64,000 bases of DNA from Promethearchaeota archaeon (GCA_016839555.1 JAEOUA010000006.1:288001-352000); one strand, 5' to 3'. Positions 51,460 through 62,032 are shown, counted from the stretch's first letter. Notes: generated by a model not told the origin, from the letters alone. Translations and numbers: made by a program.

Positions 51460-52464
51460 TCAGTCAAGAATTTCAAATTCTGCTCCTGTGTTGTTAGGCT
51501 TACATAAATAGAAATGCCCGCCAACATGCTTAATTTGAGTTTTAACGGCTCTTAATAATTTTTTAGCTTCTGAGTGGGACTCTGTGATTCCAATCACGCT
51601 GGGACCGAAAGAACTCATCCCATATGCCTTTACACCATATTTTTCCATAAAATTTAAAAGATTCTTAACCACATTATGTTGTAATTGAATTTCCCTTTTT
51701 TTAAACCCGATTGATTGGATTTTTTTTAATCCTTCTCCAAAACAAGTTAAATTCTTTTTAAGAATCCCAGGAATTATTTTCATCAAAATTTGATGGGAAA
51801 CTTCATTAACCTCTTCTCTCGGAATGGGTGTATGAGATTGAAAAATAGATATTTCTTCATCTCCATATGCTCCTTTTTTAACATTTGGGATGGCAAGTAC
51901 AAAACGCCAATGTTCCGGAATATCATATCTGAGAATTGTTAATGCCGGATCGGCAGAATTAGCGGCAGATGAGGGAAGGAATGTTTCTTTTTCCTCCCCC
52001 TTGCCAAAATCATGGCCTCCATCTAAAATGAACCCTCCCATTTCAAATCCTCGCCAACCAATACCAGACGTACCTCCTCTTTCTACTATCTTTGTTAAAG
52101 TTTTATGAGAGACATTTAAATTTTTCAATTTCGCGATTGATGTTGCTATAGCCAGGCTTAATTGTGTTTTAGAACCAAGACCAACATGGGAAGGATAATA
52201 TTGTTTTAAATTGAAATGAAAATTTTTATTATCTATTTTATATGCTTTAAAAACCTTTGAAGCTTTTTCATTGATTACTTCAATTGATTCGCGGTAATAG
52301 TGGTTTGCCTCAATTTTAAATTCTTTCGCTGCATTAGTAGCTTCAAATACCACATTCGGGCGGTCAAGCATGAGACCTATTCCCCCATCGACTCTTCCGG
52401 TGTATCCATTCTCATCGATTAAAGATAAATGAATTCTGCATGGAGTTGTGACTCTGATTTTCAT
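51460..52464 (-). CDS. mptG: Beta-ribofuranosylaminobenzene 5'-phosphate synthase
   Basis: P.RIH..LID, HVGLGSKTQ, RGGTSGIG, GGFILDGGH, GMSSFGP. Confidence 0.92.
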   Translation of the reverse strand: MKIRVTTPCRIHLSLIDENGYTGRVDGGIGLMLDRPNVVFEATNAAKEFKIEANHYYRESIEVINEKASKVFKAYKIDNKNFHFNLKQYYPSHVGLGSKTQLSLAIATSIAKLKNLNVSHKTLTKIVERGGTSGIGWRGFEMGGFILDGGHDFGKGEEKETFLPSSAANSADPALTILRYDIPEHWRFVLAIPNVKKGAYGDEEISIFQSHTPIPREEVNEVSHQILMKIIPGILKKNLTCFGEGLKKIQSIGFKKREIQLQHNVVKNLLNFMEKYGVKAYGMSSFGPSVIGITESHSEAKKLLRAVKTQIKHVGGHFYLCKPNNTGAEFEILD

Positions 52465-52780
52465 TGTTAGAATCGCTCACCCGGCGCATAAATAAAAATC
52501 TTTTTAATTTCCTTCCATTTTTGGATTATCAAATCTTATTCTTCTCCTTGTACTAAATTTATTTATGCTAAAAATTTCTCATTAATTCAATAAGGTTTAA
52601 AATGAATTAATTAAAAAAAATATTCATAAAATTATAAATTCTTTACTAAAGAGCATAAAAAACCATCAAAAGAGTCATTTAAAATCTCAATAAATCTTAT
52701 TAAATTAATGAATTAGAACAAAATTTTCATAATAAAAAAAATAGAATTATAAATTAGTATACCCAAAAATTTAGAATAAT

Positions 52781-53452
52781 CTATATTTCCTTTTTTAGTT
52801 GAGATTTGACTTTTTCAATATCAATAGGGGAATTAATATTAATTAAGGAAAGTAAATTAGAATCCAGTGGTTTTAATTCCTTTTCAACAGAAATGTAATT
52901 AATATTCCATGATTTATCAATAAGTTTGTTTAGTCCGTAATTTCTTTTTTCTTCAATAATTTTTTTTGCTTTTTGAAAGGTAGACTCAACCGGATAAATC
53001 GCGAATAAAGTTTCCAAAAATCCATTATTCCAACGTGGGATAACGCAATCATATCCTTTAGATTGATTAATTATATGCCTTATTACTTCCGATTTAATTA
53101 GGGGGGCATCACCTGATAAAGTGAATGCTTTTCGAAATCCTCTCTTGTTCAGCTCTTTAAAAGCGGAATAGATTCCTAACATTGGAGTAAAAACTTCTTC
53201 CAGGTGCGCATAGGACCTATCATCTACTGTAAAAATCACTTTTTTTGGAAAATCAACTCTTTTTTGAATAGCTATGACTTGTTCTTCAGAATTTGCAGCT
53301 AAAAAAATATCCTCATCAAATTCTGCTAGTGTTTCAATTTGATAGAGAATTAATGGTTTTTCATTGATTTCAATAGTACCTTTATCATACCCAAATCTAA
53401 TACTTTTCCCCCCGATTAAAATAACAATAGCAAGATCTTTTTGATTTTCCAT
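52781..53452 (-). CDS. mobA: Molybdenum cofactor guanylyltransferase-like NTP transferase
   Basis: ILIGGKS.RFG.DK, P.LGI, GDAP, E.LFAIY, NINSP.D. Confidence 0.8.
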   Translation of the reverse strand: MENQKDLAIVILIGGKSIRFGYDKGTIEINEKPLILYQIETLAEFDEDIFLAANSEEQVIAIQKRVDFPKKVIFTVDDRSYAHLEEVFTPMLGIYSAFKELNKRGFRKAFTLSGDAPLIKSEVIRHIINQSKGYDCVIPRWNNGFLETLFAIYPVESTFQKAKKIIEEKRNYGLNKLIDKSWNINYISVEKELKPLDSNLLSLININSPIDIEKVKSQLKKEI

Positions 53453-53643
53453 ATTATTAATATAGTACTTTTTAAATTGTAATTTAAATGATTTAGATAT
53501 TACATATTTTTATATTTTAAAAATATTATAATTAGTTTATAATAATTAAATATTACACTTTAAAAGTATTTAAAAGTGTATCTATTGTTTTATTAATGGT
53601 TTCCATGTTATTTAAATATTAAAAGGTTGTATGAAGAACTATA

Positions 53644-53958
53644 GTGATCAGAATGAATAATGAAAGTTATGTCGATTTTTATGACCAGATATTGCATTAT
53701 TTTCATAATAAACCACTTAAAAAGGGAGATGTGGAAATCTGGAAAAATCAGACATATATTAAGCTAATGGAAGTATTAAAAAAAACAAATGATAAACAGA
53801 AAATTAGAAATTCCATTATCTTGCTTATATCATTATTCGAAGATCTCCCGCCTGATATTTTAAATAATCGGGGTGATAAAATGGAGAATTTAAAAATAGA
53901 AGAAAAAAAAAAGTTAGTTTCACTATTAAAAGAGGAATTCTCCTCAAATTCCAAATGA
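53644..53958 (+). CDS. Hypothetical protein
   Basis: 104-aa ORF; AGTGA precedes an in-frame ATG at 53653. Confidence 0.6.
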   Translation: MIRMNNESYVDFYDQILHYFHNKPLKKGDVEIWKNQTYIKLMEVLKKTNDKQKIRNSIILLISLFEDLPPDILNNRGDKMENLKIEEKKKLVSLLKEEFSSNSK

Positions 53959-54056
53959 TTTAATTAAATTTTATTCTACTGAAAATACTAGTTTATCTTA
54001 TTCTTGAAGAAAGAACTCTTGTCGAATATATTAAGAAAAAAGCATTAAATCAGAGA

Positions 54057-56243
54057 TTAGAAAAAAGATAAAATTAAGGTGCTACCCCAATATACCAATG
54101 CCCCGATTAATAAAGCAACTAAAATCTCTAATAATGCGATTTTTAATGCGTACTTCCAACTGGTCTCTCGAGCAATTATTATAATGGTAGCGAAACAAGG
54201 GATATAAAGCATTGTCACTAAGCTAAACACAAACATTTGAAGGGGCGTTAATAGCATTGGTATAGTCAAGCCAAGTGAATTCGCAAGTTCCTGCAAAAGG
54301 ACTAATGTTAATTCCTTTCGGATAATTCCATAGAGCAGAAAGATCCCCGTAATAAGTGGAAGTCCCAGTAAAAACGTAATCGGCGATATGAACACATTTA
54401 TTGGTTCAAGAAGATTAAACATTAAGAGAAGTTCTAATACAATACCTAAGATGATGATGATTGGCATCGCTTTAAAAATAAATTCTTTGCTTCTGAGCCA
54501 CGTCTGTTTTAGTATTACTTTAATATTTGGTGCTCTATATTCGTGCATCTCCATTATTAATTCCGTAGATTTTCCTGGCATTGTTTTATTTAAAATCTTA
54601 CCAACAATGATAATTACCACAAAATTAATTAAAAATAACAATGCCACATATAAAGGTCCTAAATATCGTCCTACTAAGCCCATTACCACAGTTAACACAG
54701 CTGCGCAAGGAACCAATGAGGTTAAAACTATTGAGATCTTTTTTTCTCTCTGAGTTTCCATAATTCTGCATCCAGCACAAGCAGGTACATTGCAAGCAAA
54801 TCCAAGAATCATGGGAATAATTGTTTTGCCGTGAACACCAAGAAAGTGCATAAATTTATCTAATAGAAAGGCCGCACGAGGCAGATAACCCGAGTCTTGT
54901 AAGATTTCTATAATTAAAAAGAAGGGAACAACAAATACTAAAACACCCCCAACAGCACCGAAAATCCCACCAACAACTCCATCCCATAATATTTTCACCC
55001 CTAGTGTATCCTCTCCATATATATCATAAATTTGGCTACTCCAGATGTTATACAGATCCTCTAAATATCCTCCTAATAAATTACCAATTTCAAAGGTGAA
55101 AAAATAAGTACCTAGTAGGATTAAAGCTAAGATCACATATCCCCAGAAGGGATGGGTGGTAATTTGATCTAATTTTTCTCTAAATGTTTTTTTCTTTTCT
55201 TTTTCTACTTCACTAATCAGAACTAATTCAGTTATTTTATGTATTTTATTATATATTTCTGATGAGATTATGGTATTAATATCTTCTCCATGAAAGTCTT
55301 CTAATTCTTTCCGATAATTTTTAGCAATATCAATGATATATCTGGTTTTATCATTGTTCTGAAAGAATTTTTTGATTTCTTTATCATTTTCTAATAATTT
55401 TATAGCTATGAATCTCTGAGGATAATTATATTTAGAAAAATAATTATCAAATTTTCGTATTTCACCAATTAAACCTTCAAGTTTATTCTCTACTTCTTTC
55501 CCAAGTTTTAAAATAGGCTTAAGATCAGGAAATTGAAATGAATTTTTTGGTTTCAGATCCATATTGAGTTCCTTATTATAGATTTCTCTGGTTCTTCTCG
55601 CATGAGATAAATGCTCATGCATTCTTCTACCTCTTCTTGAATAATGAGCATGAGGATGATGATACACAGCTAATTCTATTGCTTCTTCCAATAATTGATG
55701 TACACCCCGTCCATGAATTGCAACGCAAGGAATTACTGGAAGTTTGAAAATCTCTTCTAACTTCTTAAAATCGATTGTCATATTCCTTTTATTTAATATA
55801 TCGCATAGATTAATAGCAAGAATAACGGGTACTTCTAATTCAAGCAATTGAAACGCAAAAAAGAGGTTGCGCTCGAAATTTGTCGCATCTATAACATCAA
55901 TAATTACATCAACTTCTTCAGAAATAATATATTCCCTACTCACTATTTCTTCTAAGGAATATGTAGATAAGCTATAAATTCCCGGTAAATCAACTATATT
56001 AAAATGAAAACCTAAAAATTCTAAATGACCTTCCTTTCTTTCTACGGTTTTTCCTGGCCAGTTTCCTATGGTTTGAGATAATCCAGTTAGTTGATTAAAT
56101 ATAACTGATTTCCCAACATTAGGATTTCCAGCAAGGGCTATGTTTATAGTATTTTTTTCACTTAATCCCTTTTTTACCTTAGCTCTTAATGCATGTTTTT
56201 GTATTTGTCTTTTCTTATGAAATTTTCTCATACAAATTACCAC
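54057..56243 (-). CDS. feoB: Ferrous iron transporter FeoB with His-rich insertion
   Basis: GNPNVGKS, GNWPGKTV, DLPGIYSL, DSGYLPR, GFACNVPA, LYIPC. Confidence 0.95.
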   Translation of the reverse strand: MVICMRKFHKKRQIQKHALRAKVKKGLSEKNTINIALAGNPNVGKSVIFNQLTGLSQTIGNWPGKTVERKEGHLEFLGFHFNIVDLPGIYSLSTYSLEEIVSREYIISEEVDVIIDVIDATNFERNLFFAFQLLELEVPVILAINLCDILNKRNMTIDFKKLEEIFKLPVIPCVAIHGRGVHQLLEEAIELAVYHHPHAHYSRRGRRMHEHLSHARRTREIYNKELNMDLKPKNSFQFPDLKPILKLGKEVENKLEGLIGEIRKFDNYFSKYNYPQRFIAIKLLENDKEIKKFFQNNDKTRYIIDIAKNYRKELEDFHGEDINTIISSEIYNKIHKITELVLISEVEKEKKKTFREKLDQITTHPFWGYVILALILLGTYFFTFEIGNLLGGYLEDLYNIWSSQIYDIYGEDTLGVKILWDGVVGGIFGAVGGVLVFVVPFFLIIEILQDSGYLPRAAFLLDKFMHFLGVHGKTIIPMILGFACNVPACAGCRIMETQREKKISIVLTSLVPCAAVLTVVMGLVGRYLGPLYVALLFLINFVVIIIVGKILNKTMPGKSTELIMEMHEYRAPNIKVILKQTWLRSKEFIFKAMPIIIILGIVLELLLMFNLLEPINVFISPITFLLGLPLITGIFLLYGIIRKELTLVLLQELANSLGLTIPMLLTPLQMFVFSLVTMLYIPCFATIIIIARETSWKYALKIALLEILVALLIGALVYWGSTLILSFF

Positions 56244-56330
56244 GTTTTTAAAATTTTAGATAATAATATTAAAAGATACATCAAACAAAATGTATTATTT
56301 TTCTAAAATAAAATTAAATCATTGTATTTA

Positions 56331-56630
56331 TTATTCTATACACTCCTCGCCACATTTCACGAAAATTTTGGACGCGATTCCACGACCAATTATTAAGCTG
56401 GAACTTTTTATTTTAATTTCTAAAGGTCCTTTTAATGGCGCAGATCTAGATTTAATGATTTCAACACCAGGAATAATTCCTAAATTCGCTAATCTTTGTC
56501 GTGCCTTTTTTCCCACCATTACTTTTGTAACTTTAAGAACTTCATTTTTCTCACATTCTGTTAAACATCTTTTTAATGGTATTCCTTGAAGTCTATTGCG
56601 TTGTATATTCTTAATCACAGTTTCACTCAT
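56331..56630 (-). CDS. feoA: FeoA family protein
   Basis: RLANLGIIPG, APLKGP, IGRGIA.KI.V. Confidence 0.9.
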   Translation of the reverse strand: MSETVIKNIQRNRLQGIPLKRCLTECEKNEVLKVTKVMVGKKARQRLANLGIIPGVEIIKSRSAPLKGPLEIKIKSSSLIIGRGIASKIFVKCGEECIE

Positions 56631-56689
56631 AGATTTAAAACGAAAAAGTTATTTTTCTAAGTAATTATATGAATCATTATATTTAAATA

Positions 56690-56703
56690 TTAGGTAAGTC
56701 TAG
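56690..56703. promoter_or_regulatory. Putative DtxR/IdeR-type operator upstream of feoA
   Basis: TTAGGTAAGTCTAG (TAG-N6-CTA) abutting a TTTAAATA TATA-like box. Confidence 0.5.
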
Positions 56704-56935
56704 AATGATCTTTTTTTATAGTTATTTTAGAGCTATTGAATAGCTTTATTTAAGAGAAACTAATGATTTTTAAAGAATTAAATATTTTATCTGCCAATAT
56801 TACTTAAAGTATTATTGATAATTATATTCTTAAATAAAAGAAGCAAATCTCAAATAAACTCTCAATTTTATAAAAATTTTTGATTTCAGATAATTAAAAG
56901 AAATATTTATTAAAACAGTTACATTTACAATATTT

Positions 56936-57226
56936 TCATTTAACCATAACTTTAGCTGCAAGACCTCGTCCGAGAACAATGTTGCTGCCTCTAACAATTA
57001 CTTCAACTGGTCCTCTCAAGATAGCTGATCTAGTTTTTTTAATTTTGACACCGGGAACGATTCCCAGGTCCGCCAATCTCTGTTTAGCCCCTCGACCGGC
57101 ATTAACAGATACAACCTTAACCTCAGCACCATTGGGACATTCCGTTAAACATTTTAAGATGGACCTCGTGCCTTGAGTTTTTTTCTCAGTATTATCTTCA
57201 GCACCCAGAGTCATATTTGCTTCCAA
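56936..57226 (-). CDS. feoA: FeoA family protein (second copy)
   Basis: RLADLGIVPG, GP, LGRGLA.KV.V. Confidence 0.9.
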   Translation of the reverse strand: MEANMTLGAEDNTEKKTQGTRSILKCLTECPNGAEVKVVSVNAGRGAKQRLADLGIVPGVKIKKTRSAILRGPVEVIVRGSNIVLGRGLAAKVMVK

Positions 57227-57322
57227 TTTAGTATGTTTTATTTTAAGAAAATGAATAAATATTCATATAGTGAAAACTATGCTTAATTCTAATTAATATT
57301 ATTTTGTAAATTATTTAAATTT

Positions 57323-57336
57323 CTAGATTTAACTAG
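57323..57336. promoter_or_regulatory. Second putative DtxR-type operator, upstream of the distal feoA
   Basis: CTAGATTTAACTAG (TAG-N6-CTA) abutting ATTTAAAT, nearly the same geometry as the 56690 site. Confidence 0.42.
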
Positions 57337-57587
57337 GGATTATTTTTTTTTTGAATATATTTTGAGCTCAAAACTATATTTTCTCCATTTAAATCATATT
57401 CTTCATTATAATTAAATACTTAAATTACTCAAGTTTTATTTAAACTAACTTATTTTATTTGATTCCTAATTTAAAGTGTTCTTTTATTATTTTTTAATTT
57501 TCAATAAAGGTTATAAAATAAAAAATTCAAATTTTTTCCTTTCTTATCTAAATTAATTTAAAGAAAAGTAATTTGAAGTGAGAGATA

Positions 57588-58979
57588 TTGAGCGATTTAG
57601 AAGGATTAGCGAGAAATTTAATGAAAAAAGGATATAAAGATGAGCAAATTATTGATCGCCTCGTTCAAGAATATCTTGATTATAAAGAGATTAACAAAGA
57701 ATTAGCTTATAAACTTTCTGCGGGTGTTCTTGAAGAGTGTAAAAAAAGTGATATTTCTAAGCTTAGTGATCCATTTATAAAAAGTCTTCTTAATTTTGAT
57801 AGGGCAAATATTACTGTTGGGAGGCAGGGAGTGGGATGTCGTGGAGCGGGTGATTTTTTTGTACATAAATTAATAACTGAATTTTGTGAGACCAGCACAG
57901 AGGCATATTTATCCCCTAAATCCTTGGATGATGCTGGAGCCGTTCGATTACAAGATATTGAATCATTATATAATAATATAGATAAAAAAGATATAATTAT
58001 CGTATCAAAAATGGAAGGAATTCATTCTCGATTGAGTGATTTCCCTTTCATATGTGGATTTCATGTAACCCGAGCTGCACTCCGGGATTTATATGTAAAA
58101 GGGGCGCAACCCATCTCTATTTTGGTTGATGTGCACTTAGGAGATGATAGTGATGTCGGAAAATTATTTGATTTCATGGCGGGGATTTCTACTGTCTGTG
58201 AAATAGCAAAAGTTCCTCTTACTGCTGGTTCCACATTGAGAATTGGGGGTGATATGGTTATCGGAAATCGCTTAGTTGGCGGAATAGGAGGTGTGGGTAT
58301 CGCAAGCACTAATTTATTTGCTAGGAGAAATATTAAACCAGGAGATAGAATATTAATGACTGAGGGTGCGGGAGGAGGCACTATTTCAACAACAGCAATT
58401 TATTCCGGAAACCATCATGTTGTAAAAGAAACAATGAATATAAAATTCTTAAAGGCCTGCGAAATAATATTGAATTCAGATTATAAAGATAATATCCATG
58501 CTATGTGTGATGTAACTAATGGAGGATTGCGTGGGGATCTTTATGAGATAAATTATGAAGCAAATTGCGGAGTGACTGTCTTTGAAGAAAAAATTAGAAA
58601 ATTAGTCAATCCTATAGTTTTAAAATTATTAGAACAAACAGGAGTAGACTATTTAGGTGTTTCATTAGATGCACTATTAATTTATTGCACTGAAGATACT
58701 TCAAAAAAAATAATCTCTGATTTAAGAAAACAAAATATTAATTGCGCTGAAATCGGATATGTGGATGAATCTAAAAAGATTTCTATAGTGTTTCAGGATA
58801 AACAAGTCAAGAAGATATTTCCTAAATTTCGAGAATCTGCATATACCAAAATTAAAAAGGTAATAGGAGAAAAAACTCCTGAAGAAAAAGAAGTTATGGA
58901 AAAATCAATAGAAGAAACGGCTAAGAAAGCGTTAATCAAAAGGAAAAAGATGATTGAGTATATAAAAAATTTAACATAA
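57588..58979 (+). CDS. AIR-synthase-related (PurM/HypE/ThiL superfamily) protein
   Basis: GVGCRG.GDF, DDAG, GIHSRLS, RDLYVKGA, DVTNGG.RGD. Confidence 0.85.
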   Translation: MSDLEGLARNLMKKGYKDEQIIDRLVQEYLDYKEINKELAYKLSAGVLEECKKSDISKLSDPFIKSLLNFDRANITVGRQGVGCRGAGDFFVHKLITEFCETSTEAYLSPKSLDDAGAVRLQDIESLYNNIDKKDIIIVSKMEGIHSRLSDFPFICGFHVTRAALRDLYVKGAQPISILVDVHLGDDSDVGKLFDFMAGISTVCEIAKVPLTAGSTLRIGGDMVIGNRLVGGIGGVGIASTNLFARRNIKPGDRILMTEGAGGGTISTTAIYSGNHHVVKETMNIKFLKACEIILNSDYKDNIHAMCDVTNGGLRGDLYEINYEANCGVTVFEEKIRKLVNPIVLKLLEQTGVDYLGVSLDALLIYCTEDTSKKIISDLRKQNINCAEIGYVDESKKISIVFQDKQVKKIFPKFRESAYTKIKKVIGEKTPEEKEVMEKSIEETAKKALIKRKKMIEYIKNLT

Positions 58980-59062
58980 AGAATTTTATATGAGAAATAC
59001 TTCTATATTCACGCAATATAACTTGACTTTACTTATAAATTCTTTAATATAATTCAAATACA

Positions 59063-59722
59063 ATGAAATGCAATTTTTGTGGTGCAGATATACCACCCGG
59101 AATTTTGTATTGTCCCAATTGTGGGAAAAGAATAACAAAATCAAGTAGAACGATTGATATAAACTCTGGAAGTCAATTATTTTTCCCTTCTTCTTATGAA
59201 GAAATGAGTAAATATATGTTATATTTATTTAATTTAGTAAATCTTCATATTTTTGATGAAAACTATAACGAAATTGGGATAATAAAGGTCCGTAACAAAT
59301 TTTTAAAAATAATTGGCGAAATATATGATATTCATGAAGGATTGATACTTTCTGTGACTCCTATTTTCTTTTCTTTTAAAACTGCATTTAAAATAAAAGA
59401 TTCTCAAGAGATAGAAATCGCGAGAATAAAAAAAATAGTTTTTTCTGCAATAATTAAAAATTTCTATATTCAATCACCTTCCAATGAGAAATGGTTTAGC
59501 ATCATTAAATCGCGCCGTTCAAACTACAAGATAAAGAGCTTTTCAACAAATAAAGTAGTGGCTGAATTTGGTCATATTAATCAGTTGGAAGAGATGATAA
59601 TAGATTTTTCTTTAGAAAATCTAAATAATTTTTATTTCTTAAAAGTTTATGATGAAAGGGTAAATAGATTGTTACTTCTTGGGAGCTTTCTAACGATTTA
59701 TTTGAATAATTATCTTTTATGA
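59063..59722 (+). CDS. Zinc-ribbon protein with scramblase/LURP-one/Tubby-C-like beta domain
   Basis: CNFCG..YCPNCG; repeated (F/Y)xIxD..xxIAxI strands and a terminal hydrophobic helix. Confidence 0.55.
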   Translation: MKCNFCGADIPPGILYCPNCGKRITKSSRTIDINSGSQLFFPSSYEEMSKYMLYLFNLVNLHIFDENYNEIGIIKVRNKFLKIIGEIYDIHEGLILSVTPIFFSFKTAFKIKDSQEIEIARIKKIVFSAIIKNFYIQSPSNEKWFSIIKSRRSNYKIKSFSTNKVVAEFGHINQLEEMIIDFSLENLNNFYFLKVYDERVNRLLLLGSFLTIYLNNYLL

Positions 59723-59877
59723 AGTGTGATAAATTAATAAGCAGATCTATTAATATACTTTATTTATTTCTATTTTATTAAAATAAAGAAATTATATTTG
59801 AAATATTAAAAACAAAAAATAATATGCTCAATAATAACTAAGTTAATTAAAATTAAATTAATAAAGGAAAATGATTA

Positions 59878-60288
59878 ATGGCCGTAAAAAAATATATAAA
59901 AAGGTTTGTACAATTTAGTGGAATAATACTTATAATCATGGGGATTATATTAATTATTATTGGGTTTTCAAGGTTTTTTTCAACAATATTTAATATATCA
60001 CCGTTTAGTTTTAATTTGAGTTTTATGGGTTCTAATAGGATATACTTTTTGATAGGAGGTCTAATGATTCCAGTGGGTTTTTTTATAACAATTTTTAGTT
60101 CTATTTTTATTAAGATTTCTAGCATAGATCAAGTATCTACGATTAATTATGAACAAAATATTTATAAAAAACCTCCTGAAACACCAATAGAAGACAAAAA
60201 AGAAAAGACTTTAATATGTATTTATTGCGGGCAAGAAGTTAAAAATGACCAAGAAATATGTTCTTATTGTGGAGCAAAATTAAAATAG
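59878..60288 (+). CDS. Two-helix membrane protein with C-terminal zinc ribbon
   Basis: Two hydrophobic helices; CIYCG..CSYCG. Confidence 0.75.
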   Translation: MAVKKYIKRFVQFSGIILIIMGIILIIIGFSRFFSTIFNISPFSFNLSFMGSNRIYFLIGGLMIPVGFFITIFSSIFIKISSIDQVSTINYEQNIYKKPPETPIEDKKEKTLICIYCGQEVKNDQEICSYCGAKLK

Positions 60289-61091
60289 ATCAACCCGCTC
60301 CTCCTATATCCTTCAATATCAATAGTTATATAGGAAAATCCCAATTTTTTTAGTTTATTCTTAATACGTTCTATATTATTTCTGTTAAAAATTTTGAAAA
60401 GATCTTCTGCTAAAAATTCAATCCTTATGAGATTTTCTTTATGATATCTAACCCTTAATTGCTTAAGGTCAAATTCTGTTTTGAGAAATTCCTCAGCTAG
60501 TTTTATTTTATTTACTAATTCTTCATCAATACAAATTCCATAAGAGATCCTGGTGGCAAAACATGCATTGGGGGGTTTATTTTTCACTTCTAAATCAAAG
60601 AATTCACTCAATTGAATAATATCTTCTTTATCAATATTGATATCTATATAGGGAGTAGCTATTCCTAATTCTTTTATAGCTTTATAACCAGGGCGATAAT
60701 CATTCAAATCAGAGAGATTGCTACCTTCAACGATTAGATCATATTGCAGCTCATTTTTAATTTGCAAAAATTTTGAATAAATAAGGTGCTTGCAAATATA
60801 ACAACGATTTTTGGGATTATCTCGAAATTCCTTTATTTTTACTGGGTCAAACTCTATAACTCTCTGTGGGATATTATGATTTTGCGCGAATTGAGCAGCA
60901 TCGTGGAGTTCTTTCTCTGAAAAAATTATTGATGATGCAGTGAATAATAAGGTTTCTTTTGAATATAAATTTGAAAGATAGGCCAACAAGGAGCTGTCTA
61001 TTCCTCCTGAAAAAGCAACTATAATTTTTTTATTTTGCATAGATGCTTTTAACTTGTTGAGTTTGCTTTGAAGCTTCTTAGATAATTCCAT
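60264..61091 (-). CDS. larE: LarE-like ATP-dependent sulfur transferase (PP-loop)
   Basis: AFSGGIDS, NRCYICK, DYRPG, ACFATR, RVR, GF.YITID.EGYR. Confidence 0.85.
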   Translation of the reverse strand: MELSKKLQSKLNKLKASMQNKKIIVAFSGGIDSSLLAYLSNLYSKETLLFTASSIIFSEKELHDAAQFAQNHNIPQRVIEFDPVKIKEFRDNPKNRCYICKHLIYSKFLQIKNELQYDLIVEGSNLSDLNDYRPGYKAIKELGIATPYIDINIDKEDIIQLSEFFDLEVKNKPPNACFATRISYGICIDEELVNKIKLAEEFLKTEFDLKQLRVRYHKENLIRIEFLAEDLFKIFNRNNIERIKNKLKKLGFSYITIDIEGYRRSGLIYFNFAPQ

Positions 61092-61181
61092 TGCTATCTA
61101 CTTTGAATAATAATGATTAATAAATAAATAATTCAGCTTCAAAGTAAAAAAAGAAATAAGAAAATAATAAAGATTTAATGG

Positions 61182-61919
61182 TTATAGATCTAAATTTTTC
61201 TTAATCGTTATTGATGTAGGCATAATCCATGCAAATACGCTGAACAACATCATCCATTCCATAAATTGCCTTGGTAGCAGGGGAGGTATTATAAGAAATA
61301 ATATACTAACGGGTACATTTATAAAAAGCATACAAACTCCAATTGTTCGAGGATAGATGAGTTGAAAGTTTTGATTCTGAGCAAGGAGTACTATTCCATT
61401 GAAAATGGAAGAGAAGGCAAAGGAACCGAATACTATATAAGAGAAAAAATTGTGGAGTCCAAGAGCAGTTGTCCTATCTTCCGAAAAGAGCCCAATTCCA
61501 AAAAAGCCCACACCAGCAGAGGCCAATAAGATAAATCCGATGATAGTAAAAATTTTCATTACGATAAAAAATGCTTTCCATTTCCCTTCCGCATTCTTTT
61601 TAGTTTCTTTATAGAGACTCCATGAAAAGTACACATTAACCGGGAAAAGTAAAACCGAAGTAATCATCGCAATTATATCTAAGATGAATGGAGCAGGAGT
61701 ATATCTAATGGATCCGAGATCGGAAATATAATTTTCCCATAAGTTATATCCTGTGGCGAAGGCCGCAATTATATAACCTATTATCAACCCACTAAGAAAA
61801 ATTATAAAGCTCAATTCTATACAGATATTAATTAAACGTGGCTGGGTTAATTTTTCTATTACTTTGTGGATTTTACTTAGAAATGAATTATTTTGATCTT
61901 TTTGGGTACTATTTTGCAT
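61182..61919 (-). CDS. DUF998/Frag1-like membrane protein
   Basis: NYISDLG, G.G.FSED..LH, EW; six hydrophobic helices. Confidence 0.7.
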   Translation of the reverse strand: MQNSTQKDQNNSFLSKIHKVIEKLTQPRLINICIELSFIIFLSGLIIGYIIAAFATGYNLWENYISDLGSIRYTPAPFILDIIAMITSVLLFPVNVYFSWSLYKETKKNAEGKWKAFFIVMKIFTIIGFILLASAGVGFFGIGLFSEDRTTALGLHNFFSYIVFGSFAFSSIFNGIVLLAQNQNFQLIYPRTIGVCMLFINVPVSILFLIIPPLLPRQFMEWMMLFSVFAWIMPTSITIKKNLDL

Positions 61920-62032
61920 TTTTTAACCCCTATTATGTTTTTTTAAATAATTCTTTTTTCAGAAAAAAAAGAATAGGTTTAATATAAAGATTATGTAATA
62001 TAAAAAAAATATTTTAGAATAGAATTAGATAA

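Noticed and set aside
60264-60288. 25-bp convergent overlap of larE and the zinc-ribbon membrane gene
   Set aside because: Short 3' overlaps are common in compact genomes and both proteins look complete.
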